A stretch of 62,783 nt of DNA, counting the filler, from Choristocarpus tenellus KU-1152 (taxonomy: Eukaryota > Protista > Phaeophyceae), in assembly GCA_964200185.2 (NCBI GenBank). It is 13 parts of 13 records of this genome, joined end to end, with 100 filler letters (N's around TTAATTAATTAA, not from the genome) between each part and the next. Parts side by side here need not be neighbours in the genome. Positions count along the whole stretch, not along the records: positions 10,944 to 14,415 come from CAXNAD020019806.1; positions 14,516 to 17,553 come from CAXNAD020022772.1; positions 17,654 to 24,809 come from CAXNAD020006605.1; 10 more parts are not named here. One strand, given 5' to 3'. Both the position numbers and the translations under genes were made by a program. This document shows, in pieces, positions 11,431 through 23,821 of this stretch; position 1 is the first letter of the stretch; every line of letters starts with the position of its first letter. The notes below the pieces were generated by a model. The model worked only from the letters and a program-made list of their open reading frames with translations. It searched no databases and was not told where the DNA came from.

Positions 11431-14042
11431 CTATTCGTCAGCCCCTTCATCATTCTCTGTATCATACCCTAACCCATCTTCTTCTTCCTCCTCGTCCTCC
11501 TCTTCCATGGCAGAATCACTACCTCCACTCCATACGTTGCGACCTTCCCCCTTTTCACCCATGCCGGAAGAGGGATGCTTGCACTTTCTAGTGGTCATTG
11601 GCGTCAATTCCCTCTCCAAATCCACCACTTTGAACCCTTGAGAACGCACTACCCTACCACCTGGGAGTGCGTTGAATTGTGATCTGGTGTCATCTTTCAA
11701 CCAGGGTTTGCACACCCTCCCGACCACGGGCATGACGAGCGTCTGTCCGGTGCCAACCTGGGAGAAGGGGAGGAGGACCTGTTCACGGCTTCCGCTCTGC
11801 GGCACTTCTGATGTGAACTCGATGTTGGCGTCGTCTGCCTTCTCGGTCCATCGCATGTAGTACAATGGGCAAGTGGCTGCCACGTGCAAGTAGAGCTCTG
11901 CGCCCGGCCCACACACCTCCATTCCAGGCGAAAGCATGCGCTTGAGCTGTCTGTTACTGGCCACATGGAGTAGACGAATGTACTGTTCTTCTCAGTCTTC
12001 GGGGGAGATCGAACTGAAGGCCTCTGATCGAGAGTTGCACACTTCGAGATCACCCCACGCAGGGATGTCATTCCCGCCGACTTTGTAGTCTTTCCCTTCA
12101 AGCGGGAACAAGGCCATTTCCGCACGATTCGAGGACAAGCTTGCATGCGGCTGAATATTGCGGAAGACAAAGACATTGGTGGGGTTGGGTGGGGTCGAGG
12201 GGTGTTGAGGGGGGGGGGTAGAGTACGGTGATTCATGAATGTTCGTGAATTGGAGGTAATATCGTCCGAAGAAGGTGGTGCAAACTCGGCAACCTTATTG
12301 TGGCAAAAAGTCGAACACACTACCGACGCAATACTTACCTTTAAGGCCCACATTTTTGTACACGACGTATTTGGGTGCCGCATTAGGTAGGTTAGGACTT
12401 ACGAATAAAAATAAATAGTCTTTTCTGTGTGCTGGTAACTAAACTCTGCCGTTCGATCTTAACAAAATTAGTAAATTAGCACATTCGAGCCAAAGTATCT
12501 TAGAGGGTAGAGCCACGTCCATTTGGGGGTCAAAATACGATGTTGCGATTTTGATGAAATCTTGGATATCGTGTTTGTTAGGAAGTGTCAATATCTATAT
12601 TTCGGACACACCTTTCATAACGTATACATTTTATATACTCCGAAAAAAAATCGTACCCTGTAAGATAGTTTCACTCATTCTATACCACATTCACCTCGAT
12701 CTGGTAGCCGAAGCCCGTCGCCACCACCTTCGCAACGAAAATGGTCGCCTCATCGCGTCCCATCGCCTTTCCCTGAGGATGGACGGCCTCAGCAAAACAT
12801 CGATGCGTCTCCGTTGGGACGAGGGTCTGCCCTAAGGCTCTCGGCAGGCAGGAAGGGCCTATCACGCGTTCTTGAGTGAGAGACGTGGCTACCTGTAGCA
12901 TCACATGCGTATATGTGACAGTCCAACAATGTGGCAGTGAAGTGGGTTAGCCATGTGATAAGGTTTTGTCATATATGTATGGGTTAGGGTTAGTTGGTTA
13001 AAAGTGTTGTGATGTACTGCAGCACGGGGTTTTTTTGTTCGTGCAGGGATGGGGGACATTACGACGTACCGACGATCACAGCAAAGGCTTGGGGACTCGC
13101 GATTTCCAGCGGTGGTGTGGGTAACTGCATGCACTCTGTTGGCAACGTGTAAACATCTACAAGGAAACATCACCAGTACAATTGCAAGCCCGAGACCTAT
13201 CCATAGGGAACGTAGGCAAACAACAAGTTGGAAAGCAATGGAAGAAAAAGCCAGCACACCCTTCTTACCTTCCACTTGCCGTCCTCGTAGGCTTGGCCGA
13301 AGGATGTGTCCATCTTCTCCTTCACCTCGTCCTTTGACGCCGCGTTGGACACGAACACCTCCACCATCCTGCTCCGTTCAAGGGCCGCCTCCACCACATT
13401 GTGCCTCTCTGCGCTGTAGGAGACGACGGTGTCCCCAGCATTCGTGTACCTAGCGTGGGAGGGCAGTTCGCAAATTAGCCCTAACGCGGTATATTGTATT
13501 GCGCACTGATTCATCACTTTGCAGTGTATGCAGTACGTTCCGATACAGGGCAACACGCTCTTTGTGTGTTTCGACGCTTAACGTACCGATTCGGCAAACA
13601 AACTCGTGGGATGGATTGACGCCCCTGAACCGTCACCCAGCTCGTTCTGTTACTGTTTAACGATGTCCTACACCTTCTACAAAAAAAAAATCAATGCTCC
13701 TGTGAAGAAGGATATGTGTGACGTTATTAACGAACCTGTTTACGAGGAAGTGGAGGGCCCTCATGGGGATGTCCGAGGCAGCACCTTCGTATTCGACGTC
13801 CATCATGGATTGGAGTATCGGAGGAGATGCATCACGCCCGTGGCCAAAGATGTCGTCGACAGTGACTCGCTTATTGCATGTGAACATTGTCCCATCGTTG
13901 TGAGCGAGAAAAATCATGTCCTGACAACCTTTGAGATGGTTATCTATGCCTAATTGAGGGCGCCCCCCCCTCCTCGTCTTGTATATTAGGGTTAGGGGAT
14001 GATCCTACACAATCAAGCCCACCTTCGACGCAGCAAGAGCCT
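11431..14042 (-). pseudogene. 3' part of a TE-borne multi-exon gene: beta-class DNA amino-methyltransferase-like region, SET-like region and acidic tail; exons 14042-13736, 13449-13269, 12892-12695, 12150-11431
   Basis: Four GT-AG exons splice in frame. DIPMRALHFLVNR|YTNAGDTVVSYSAERHNVVEAALERSRMVEVF resembles the N6/N4-MTase consensus KP..LL..LI..YTNPGDTVLDPFAGSGTT..AA...GR.FIG. The last exon resembles SET (EMALFP...WGDL...CPLYYMRWTEKADDANIEF). In-frame stops at 14005-14007 and 11992-11994. Confidence 0.6.
12487..12676 (+). mobile_element. MITE family 1 (Sola2-like termini), internally deleted, inside an intron
   Basis: GAGCCAAAGTATCTTAGAGGGT...ACCCTGTAAGATAGTTTCACTC, flanked by the 4-bp TSD ATTC/ATTC. 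Confidence 0.9.
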
Positions 14043-15110
14043 CTGAATGAAGAGAAGGCGGGAGGGAGCACGTGGGTCTGACATGCGTCAAACTTGACAG
14101 TGACATCACACAAGTAGTTATCGTAGGGATTCATGAAATCTCATACCACTAACATTATAATAGTACAATAATTGTGGAACGCAAGGCAAATAACCAATGC
14201 AAAAATTGCAAGCAATAGGAGATTAAGTAATAATAGGAGTTAATATGGCAAAAAAATGTGGTGAAGACGAGTAACACCAGCATGCGAAAAAATGGACAAT
14301 GAAACAAAGAAGTACGTAGTTGCCGGGGGGAAAGAGCAAGCGACACAAAAGGAAGTGGAAGGTACGAAGGACATGAAACAACATGGGGAAAGTGGAAAAA
14401 AAAAAAATGAATGCANNNNNNNNNNNNNNNNNNNNNNNNNNNNNNNNNNNNNNNNNNNNTTAATTAATTAANNNNNNNNNNNNNNNNNNNNNNNNNNNNN
14501 NNNNNNNNNNNNNNNGGTCCCACTGCTCAATATTCGGCATGGCATACCAGGTACCCAAAGTATCTTCTTGACCTCCAGTTCTTGCTTGTTATCGATCGTA
14601 CCATATCTCATGTCTCCTTGGCCTCCAGCTTCCATTTGTGTCGAAGGTACAAGTCACTTTGTCGGGATGACAATTATGATACTATTCTGACAGAAGCTAC
14701 CACTGAGCGCATATAAGTATTGACATTATATGATGATTGACCTCTTTGTACGAATATCTCAGTCATGCCCGAGATATCGTTTGTTGCGATCTGCCCCCCT
14801 CCACCCACCCTGTCAGATACGTCGATCTGCATTTTTCTATTTTCTCGGGCAAGTTGTTGGACTTGTAACACATCGCAGTGGGCGAACAGGGCAAGCGGTA
14901 GGTGGGAAGTGGTCACAGGACACACGCGGTAGGCAGTAGTGAACAACATGTTGCTATCGACAGAAAGACCACGAGGGATAAGAAAGATCAGCAGCAAAAA
15001 GATCAACAATTGGCTGACTGACGATGAAACAAACAAAGGAAACTCGGTAACAACTTGGTAGATCAGAAGAGTCATCAGGTGATCATGGAATAACGACAAC
15101 ACTCCATAAC

Positions 15111-15519
15111 CAAACTCCATGTAGACCCGCATCATGAAAGCGCGTTCGGGATCAAACTCTCTCTTCAGCACCGTTATTATATGGTTTCTATCCAGTGTAC
15201 GTCCTTGAATGGCAAGCGCAGTTTCGGCGGTGAGCTGGTCCCCATTACCTAATGAGTCTCACTGGATTACCACAGATGGAGCAAACTGCTCCAGCCAGCC
15301 TTTCTCGTGGATAGACTTGCTGATGCGCGCAAGGCCACACTCGCTCAGTGGATGCACCATCTCCGTGCATGTGATGTTACCGAGTTTCATCCGGTACGTG
15401 CCGAGGTAGTGATGTTCTAGGAGCGAGGACATGCCCTTGGCATTGCTGCACGACGCTCTCAATCCGTGAACAGCGCCATTGGCGGGCGGGTGGGCTGTTG
15501 TTGAGCGAATGCTGGACAT
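15111..15519 (-). pseudogene. ParB/Srx-like domain exon 1, degenerate copy
   Basis: Close paralog of 41481-41919 (MVHPLSECGLARISKSIHEKGWLEQFAPSVVIQ*...LDRNH). It has a nonsense codon and has lost the splice donor. Confidence 0.8.
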
Positions 15520-16314
15520 GGTGAAGGTTGGGAGGGTGAAACGGGGATCGGTAAATAACAGGTGCGCATGGTATGTACTCAAGGGAATGAATTGAAACGA
15601 GGACTGAGGGATGGGAGGTGCTGCTTTATTTCATCTGGTCATTGGGTCCTCAAAACTCAGATTTGTCTTTCCCTTGACAATTGTGTTATAAAAAATACGA
15701 ATATTGAACAGCATACGATTTCATATTGGAAAGAGACAGATAGTAACAGTTTTTTGTGACCTTTTCGTTTCGTACCTTTCAAACGTATTGGATCAACAAT
15801 GAAGGATGTGGTTTGTATCTGTATTTGTTGATGTAAAGATTAGAATATCATTCTAATTTCGTAAAAACCCTAACGCACGTGTTTTGGGCGTTCAACAGTA
15901 AACGCGATCCAGACGGATCTTTAATATCATATATCCGCTTTTTTGTGATCTCTAGTGTTTATTTAAATACTAAAGACGCCAAGAAGCGGATTTAGTATTT
16001 AAATATATTTTGGGTACCAGTTGGAAGTGTCCTTTTAGTTTCTGAAAATTGGAAACGTGTGAGACCCATAAAGTGCGTTCTTGGTATTTTCAAAATCTGA
16101 AAGAACAGTTATTACTGGATTTACTATTTATAAAAATACTAACGCACGTGTCTAGGGTGTTCACGAGTAAGACTGATCTGACCGGATCAGTTTTACTCAA
16201 AGAACCACTTTCTGTCGCCTCTACAATTTACAAGAATCCAAATGTCCAATTTGGTAAGATTTTGTACTTCAAAAATGTAGAGGGTGCTAGTTGTTTTTTG
16301 ACGTTTTGGTCACT

Positions 16315-16657
16315 GAACATTGGAAACATCCAAGATGAATGAAGAATGTGCTTTGTATTTTAGACAATTTGTATAGTACGGATATAATCGGATTTACAAC
16401 TTCCTAAAAACGTTATACACGGATTTTCAGGATCATCGATCTCAGGGTGGTCCCACGGATAGCCCAGAGAGCTCAAACAAAGTTGGTTTCGGAACATTGG
16501 AAACGTACAAGATCAACTAAGTATGTGATTTGTATTTTAAACAATTTGAAGTACGGATATAATCGGATTTACAACTTCCTAAAAGCGCTATACACGGATT
16601 TTCAGGATCATGGATCTCAAGGTGATCCCACGGATAGCCCAGAGCTCAAACAAAGTT
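16315..16657. repeat. Two tandem copies of a ~175-bp unit in the spacer between the ParB-like gene and the transposase-like ORF
   Basis: GAACATTGGAAAC...GTACGGATATAATCGGATTTACAACTTCCTAAAA...CCCACGGATAGCCCAGAG...CTCAAACAAAGTT starts at about 16315 and again at about 16492. Confidence 0.9.
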
Positions 16658-16731
16658 CATACACCCATCTTCGAATCTAATCACTCCTAGACCTTCTCAC
16701 TGCCCAAGACCGCCTGTTGCCCGAAAACATC

Positions 16732-17207
16732 ATGACAGTTACTTCCACAGCAAGGGGGTGGCTTTTGTCGCCTACGCCTCCCCCTGTGTTGCCCCATCAC
16801 CAGCCCGCCAACAATGATGCGCTGGTGCTTTCTACCAATGACGCTTCAGCGACCGGCGCCAAACTTCGCCGAGGATGGGCTGAACCCATCCCGGTCAACG
16901 AACAGGGTGACTGCTGCAAGTGCTTAGCCTGCGTGAAGAAGTTCGCGGCAGATAGCGAGCCCTTCCTTGCACGCACGTTGGCCAAAGAGCAGGACATCAT
17001 CCGGGCGTGTGAGAACCGCCACGATCACAAGCACTTCGTTGACGACTGTGTACCTGTGATAAAATTGGGACCTGGAGGCGGATCTATGCTCGTGGCCGGC
17101 ATTCCCGTCTGTATGCAGTTTTTCAAGGCATCGTTCGGAATATCTAATCATGTCGTCGACGCTTGCAAAGGCACACCTAACGCAAGAGCATCCACCGGAG
17201 TGGAGAG
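16732..17207 (+). CDS. First exon of a putative Sola-type (DUF7869-associated) transposase, Cys-rich N-terminal region
   Basis: CCKCLACVKKF ... MLVAGIPVCMQFFKASFGISNHVV matches the CC..C..F / G..VC..FF...GIS motifs of Sola-like transposase N-termini. It ends at a gag|gtggg donor. The catalytic DDD region is not in this contig. Confidence 0.55.
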
Positions 17208-18345
17208 GTGGGTTTGACGTATGTACACAGTGTTATTTGTACCCGGTATATTCACCCCCTGCTTGATGATTGAACAGTAGTCCTATCTCAGAACAATGTC
17301 ATCCAACCGTACTCACCACATTCACTTTGCAGTTACCACGCCTAGATGTCTGATATACAAAGTTAGAGATCCCTCCAGATTGAGTTATGTGCTACCTATG
17401 TGCGTATATACACGTGCAATATGTTTTTTTATGCTGCCCAAATATCATCTCATCTGGTCGCCCCCGCGCTACTGCAGCAGTTACCACGCGTAAATATATA
17501 CAGAATTAGAGATCCGCTGCTGGCATACGATCCCTCTAGGATTCCATCCCCCGNNNNNNNNNNNNNNNNNNNNNNNNNNNNNNNNNNNNNNNNNNNNTTA
17601 ATTAATTAANNNNNNNNNNNNNNNNNNNNNNNNNNNNNNNNNNNNNNNNNNNNCCCTCCTAGGCAGCTCCTAGTGATAACTCTCACCTGCCCCCTCCCCA
17701 GTTTATTGCAATGTCTGCCTCTCCCTTGACCAGGAGACTTGCAGCATGTAGGGAGGCTGCAAGTGGGAATGAGAAGTGCAGGGGAAGAACAGGAAGGGTG
17801 CCTAACTGATGCCCCTTTCCACACACTCTCTACATGAAAAGCAGCGGCTACCACGCCTGTTTCGGTGACTGGTGAATACTACGTAGTACTTTACTTCTTT
17901 CACTATGGGTCAAGCTGAAGGGTTGACCTAACAAAGAACTGGAGTAGGGATATCAGCATAATACGCCGTAGTACTTTTTGTGAATGTACTAAGAAAAAAG
18001 TTTATAGTTAGGGCTAGGTCTAGGGTTATCTTTCAAAGTGCAGAGAGTTGTGCACACCAACAACGTTTTCATAGTCCTGACGAAATATTGGGGAGGAACG
18101 AGCTGATAATACCAGCAAGAAAATTCCTATTGAGCTGCAGGTAAAACAAGTTGTGCACTCTATTATATAAGCTTGGTGTGGCACAAGTGTTTTAGTTTGT
18201 TCTTCTCCGCAGTGTTGCACATAGATATGGAAGCATTTCCTATGAACCTACAGTAGGGTTGGATGTTAATGTTCCTGTGTCTGACTGATCTTCTGCTCTG
18301 TTGTACTTGTTATTGTTTGTGGGAGAGCATCTGCGTGCCTACACA

Positions 18346-18462
18346 GTCATATTCCTCGCTTGAAGCATTAATACTTTCTGAGTTAAATCTTGCCAAATCG
18401 TCTCCTCTCACCTCCAGCGATGGCACAGCTGTACTCAAACAAGCCCTCAAACACCTTCAGAG
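18346..18462 (+). CDS. Possible isolated internal exon of unknown product (SYSSLEALILSELNLAKSSPLTSSDGTAVLKQALKHLQ)
   Basis: cacag| acceptor, open frame, ag|gtgcgt donor. No recognisable domain. Confidence 0.3.
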
Positions 18463-21400
18463 GTGCGTGTTCAATGTGTTCGTGTAGGTGAGGGGGGTAG
18501 GGGTGGGTGGGAGACAAGTGTTATATTGAGTTGATTTATGATACGAGACTTCAATCCTGGAATAATTAGTGCCAATCCCAATCCCAATGTCAATCCCCAT
18601 ACAAAAGCCCTGATCCTGGAACTAACTAGTCTGTCCCAACTACCCAACACAGGCTGATTCCCTTCCATCTCTCAGCTGGGGCTGCCCAAAGCCAAGATCC
18701 TCTTCGTTCTCTGAGCACCTGACCCAGTAAAAGGAGATACTACAGCATACGGAGGTGAGGCAATACAACGGACATGGGTAGCAGCTGGAGGAGCTGTAGA
18801 TCCAGAGTCAAAATTTCAGTACGGTTCTAGGAGTCAAAGAATCGAGTTCGCCACCTAAGAGTAGTACTTTTCATTCAAGAGAGCCAAGCAGGGTTGTGTG
18901 TAAGGACAGATTAACTCTGAGGGAAACATTGAGCGCAATTGGTCGGTGGTGGGGTAGGACTTGCCTCACAATCATCAATCAGGCCATATTCTTCCAGTGC
19001 CTTTTCATCATCCAATGGTGGATTGCGCAACGCCTGCTTCATAGAAGTAGGTTGGGAAGGAGGGGAAGGTGGTGGTTGGGGGAGGTGCATCGGTTAGAGC
19101 ACCTGGAATTCCTAGTTTGGTAAGTGTGAGCACCTAAAGAGGTCAGCTCCTGTTTGGTATCGTTGGTGGTGTTTTACATGGCCATATGATGTTTACTATT
19201 TTTTTCAGGGGGGTGGGGGATAAAAATAGTAGGACGAAATCAAACGTATAGTCTCATGTCTTGTTAATATAGCTTTCTTTAAATAGTCCCGAACATGAAT
19301 GCCGTTTCTGATTTTTCCATCACGGGAAGCTTGCATTCCTGTTGTTCACCTACAGCTACTTAACTGCCCTCAGTGGTATGGATAAATCAGTCTTTGATTG
19401 CCGCATCACTCCTCTGCTAGGACTTGTGCTCGCATGCTCATATCACAAAAAACATCCTCCCCTTTCACGCTTGAATTAATATCACTGGTAGGCTGATCTT
19501 ACTGCATGGCACTCCCCTTCCACTTCAAGTCCACTTGGATGCAAAAATAATCTCAATAGTACATGGTTACAGATGAAGTGTGATAAATGCAATAAAAAAT
19601 GTTCTCACATCATGCTCAATTTTCCTTGCTTTTGGTGATGTCTGCCCCTCTGCCTACGAGGAGTGCGCATGCCAACTATTCTGCCATGTGCTGACCTAGC
19701 ACTGATCCTAATGAACCCTTAGGCTCTACACACATGCCTACTGAGTCAACATATTACATAATTATGCAGAAGGGCAGGAGATAACACCGTGGCCAGAAAG
19801 ATACAATCTTCTGGGGGGAGGGTCAAGTTGACCTCAGGGCCTACTGTATTTTTGTTGGGACACTACTCAAAGCACTGAAGCATCAACATTTGGTGCACTC
19901 ATAGCAGTCCCCTTCTTGGTTCTATATTATTTTGCAAGGGACCATGTACACAAGCACACATCACTGATACCGATGAGAGACAAGCAGTAGTGTACATTGC
20001 AAAAGTGACTCCATCCAGCAGTACAACTATTGGAGTTGTACAGTTCAGACTCATACAAAATTGCAAGGCGTCATGCTACCCCAAAGTAGACCAGATGGTT
20101 GGAAAGTTTGCCTGCCCACAGGATCGCTGAATAAGGAAGTGTGTGCGGGCTCTTGTGTGTGGGTGGGTGAGTGAGAAAACCCCTCTCACTCTCTTTCTCC
20201 TTTTTAAAAAAAGGCTTCCTAGTTCATTTTTCAACATGTTAGAGGGCTCTTGTTACCACCAGTCAGTAGAGAATGATGACCTTCTAAGGCTGTGTATCCA
20301 AACAGGTACTACCCCACTTCCCTTGTTGCAAAGAGAACATCCCCTCGCTCTCTACAAAGCTTCAAGCATAGTACATACATACAGTATTGGCAATTAAGGG
20401 CCTTTCTTAGAGGGGAAATGTTTCCACCACTTACAGATTGCAAGACGAAGACTGCACCAAATCAGGAGGGATATAAGTGGAACTGGTCTTCTCATTGGTC
20501 AAATACGGGGATGTACGGTACTCGATGAACAAGAAAACCAGTTCCATTTAAACCCAGCCAGTTTGGTGAAATTGTCGATTATTACCTACAATCGCCAGGA
20601 CTTTTTTCCTCCTAAGAAAGGGCATTACAGCAGATATATAGCCTTGATTTCCACACTATCCCTACCTTACTTTGTTCTCATAATAACGACTTTGCCTGAT
20701 GTACCTCCATCACCTTTCCCTCTTCAACAAAAGTTTGAGGGGGGGATGGGAGTGGAAGCTGTTCCATTCTAAGTAGCAAATACCCTTCCATCAATGTCTT
20801 ACATCAAAACAGGACCTATGGAGTGATGCACGATGCAACCAGCAGTTGGAGTGTCTCTAGCAGCAGAGGAGAACGAACCATGCTTGATGCTCAAATTGTG
20901 TGAAGCAGGATATTTTTTCATCACTATCAATTGAAGGTATTGAAGGCCATGGTGTGTGAACACATATGGCCAATGTCAAAACTTAATTTATGGAGGATGG
21001 AACTGGGGGGGACGGACATGCATGAGGTGCAGGGACTCTGCATGAAGTTTGAGGGGGTGCTTTTATTGTTACCTTCAGCTGGCTTTGCATCCTGCCGAGA
21101 AATTGTTTATTCATAATAGTGACTAGAACAACAACAACAACAGAATGACGGCAATCTATTGGTCCAAACAGTGTCCCCCGCAGGTCAACCTTGGCATGAC
21201 TGGCAAGGTAATATCTCCCTCAATAGAATATTTTTCTCCAAACCATTATTAATACTAAAAACTACAACCAGTTCTCTTCACGTTTTGCTTTGCCTCTTGG
21301 GGGGTCATAAAATTCAATTACCAACAGAATTTGAGCGACTTGTTGTAAGAACTCGAGTATTCAAGCTCCACAAAAGGCAATGTGGTTTGTTGAAACAGGT

Positions 21401-22853
21401 TATGTGGACACAGCACAAACAAGAGCATCACCTCAGTCTGTTCTGTGCTGATCCAGGATATCGTAGTTCCAGGGAGAGTGGTTGGCTGAATTGAAAATAT
21501 ATTGGTACTACATCATCTGAAAGGTAAGAATAGACAAAAATATAGCCTCAAGCACGCAAAAAGCAAGTTCACCTACTGATAACAATTCCTCAGGCAGAAA
21601 GTATAGAACCCAGTACTCCTCTGCTCTGAACCAGGACAAGTTACTACACTCTATCCATGCACTTCCGGAGAGTGAGATACTTCTAGATCTGCTCCATAAC
21701 TCAATACTCAACATCTTTAGAATCAGAGTGTAGAACTAGAACCCAGCTAGTCAGTTGCAAGGGGTTGCACATATCAAGGGAGGAGCAAGGAAAGGAAAAA
21801 ACGAAACTACTTCTGATATGAAGGAATGCACCTCTAACATCGGTTCAGATCAATTGAAGTTCAATTTCATGCATTCATTGTGATGCCATTTCTTTGCGAA
21901 ATCTGCTTTGATCCCACCAACCCTCACCTTAGCAGGTATTGAGTATCTCCGAAACTAAGTTAGCACCAAAAAAATAAAACTTTAGTGCACAGCGGCAGGG
22001 TCATTGCCTGGGTGATTATGCACACAGCTCACATCCTACATATAAGCACGTAATCTGTGTTTCAAGATGAGTTCCGACACAAACCCGTACCTTCCAGAGG
22101 ACCTTGCAAAAGGGGGCATTTGCCAACACTCATGAACTGGTACAATGCATAGGTGGATTAAGGGTTAGGGCATGGCAATGTGTGTACTGTTGAAGAGGGG
22201 GCTAATTTTTCTGAGGGTGATAGATAAGTACTTCGGAAAAGAACCCTCCCTCACCCCCATCCCTAAAGCATAGAATCTGCGCTATACATGCATGGGGGCA
22301 TGCTGAGTAGAGTGGAAGTGTCCCTTACCCAGGTGTCATTGCCATCAACCAGGAGGTGTAGTAATGGAGTGGTGGAGGATGTCACAGACTGTTGGAGTCG
22401 AAACGTATGTGGATTGACAGGATATGTTAGCCAGGAGTTCAGGCAGATTCTCTCACCTCTACATAATCGAGGTCATGATATTTGCGGAGGTGTTCTACTG
22501 AGGCTCTTGCTGGCTCCACTAACCGGAGCCACTCACATAGCCCAGACGCCCGAATGAGGGCGTACAGCATGTCATCCCTCTGACCATGCCTCCTCAGCAA
22601 ACCGCAGAGACGTTGGAACCTGCAGCATGCATAAAGTTGACACGAGGGGAGAAGAGTTTGAACAGGGTGTACAGGTGAATAGGGGGGAGAGCAGAGGGCT
22701 GAAGAGGAGAAAATCAGTGATCTGTGTGTATGTGATGCCGGGATCGTATCTTGTGTGGCATGATTTTCAGGAACATAATATGTAGAGGCTTCAGAGGGTA
22801 CAGGAGGAGAGATGGGAGGGGATGGGCTCCCATATCCTGGTTGCAAAGAAGGC

Positions 22854-23821
22854 TCAACAAGATCTGTATACCCCAGTTGGTCTCTTTGTATTGTAAGTGC
22901 TGGTAGAAGTGGACGTGTTGCAGCAAGTAACTTCTCGTGTGAAGTCTGAAGGCATGGTTGGGATGACTGTGGGCTGACATCTTGAGAGCTGCAAATGTCC
23001 TGGCTCACAAGAAGTCGGCTTCCTGGGCAACACCTCCATTTTCAACAGCGGTATGAGCTAGAGACTGGGGTGATACCAAGTAGAAGGTCTAGAATTCCGA
23101 GCTATGATCAGTGACTGCAGCTTTCACATAAGGACCAACGCTAGTTGTTCCATCAACTTTGTGGACAGCAAGGATTCGCTAGTCTACCAGCTCACCTCGT
23201 GGAATGCATTAGACACACTCTCAACCTACGCCTCCGCATCTTCGCTCGAGCGACATTAGGAGGCGGCGGGGGCATAAGCATGAGCTTCTTCGTGGTAGCG
23301 CTCCTTGCCGAGGCCGAACTTAAGCTGTCGTCAATCACCAGCGACCCTGTTTCTACTCTTTGTAAGGCCTCCTGGGACTTACAAACCTCTCCACTTTCTA
23401 GAGTCGAATTAACATTTGTCTCATGTACGATTACTTTCACCGGTCTCACATTTCCCTCCTCCGTCAACTCATCTTTGGCCCTGTGCTGCAGGGATTCATA
23501 ACTCTCCCCTGGCAATTCGTCTCTATTCTCGCAATCCTTCACACAAGGCTCGTGCTTATCTACAAGGTCATCATACAAGCCTCCCAGTTTGTGATCTTTT
23601 AATTTAACCCCATCTGGTGGGATTGCTTGCCATGGGCAGTGAGGGGAGGATACTCCCTGCTTGGGGAAAGGGCAATCTGTCGTGATAGGATTGTTGGTGC
23701 AGGGTTGCCTCTGGAGCACGTTCGATTGCATCTCAACGCATGGTGAGACCGGTGAACTGTATCTACTTGAATTGCTTAGATCCATTGTCGAGGGAAACTC
23801 AACCTTGTCACCAGGGGACAT
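22854..23821 (-). CDS. Possible hypothetical protein (Ser/Pro-rich), exon ending at 23197 plus a possible terminal exon
   Basis: A 209-aa ORF ends at an ag|gtgag donor. Low-complexity composition with no recognisable domain. Confidence 0.3.

Noticed and set aside
11697-12383. The 228-aa minus-strand ORF as a separate gene
   Set aside because: It is an alternative frame overlapping the terminal exon. The splice phase from the 12892-12695 exon selects the other frame.
14416-14515. Physical adjacency of the MTase/SET contig and the ParB/transposase contig as proof of one locus
   Set aside because: They are separated by a linker, and the right-hand contig is a deletion derivative that already contains the 3' region. 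They are different copies, so linkage is inferred only from the shared junction sequence.
16315-16657. CRISPR-like array
   Set aside because: Only two long units, no unique spacers, eukaryotic context and no cas genes.
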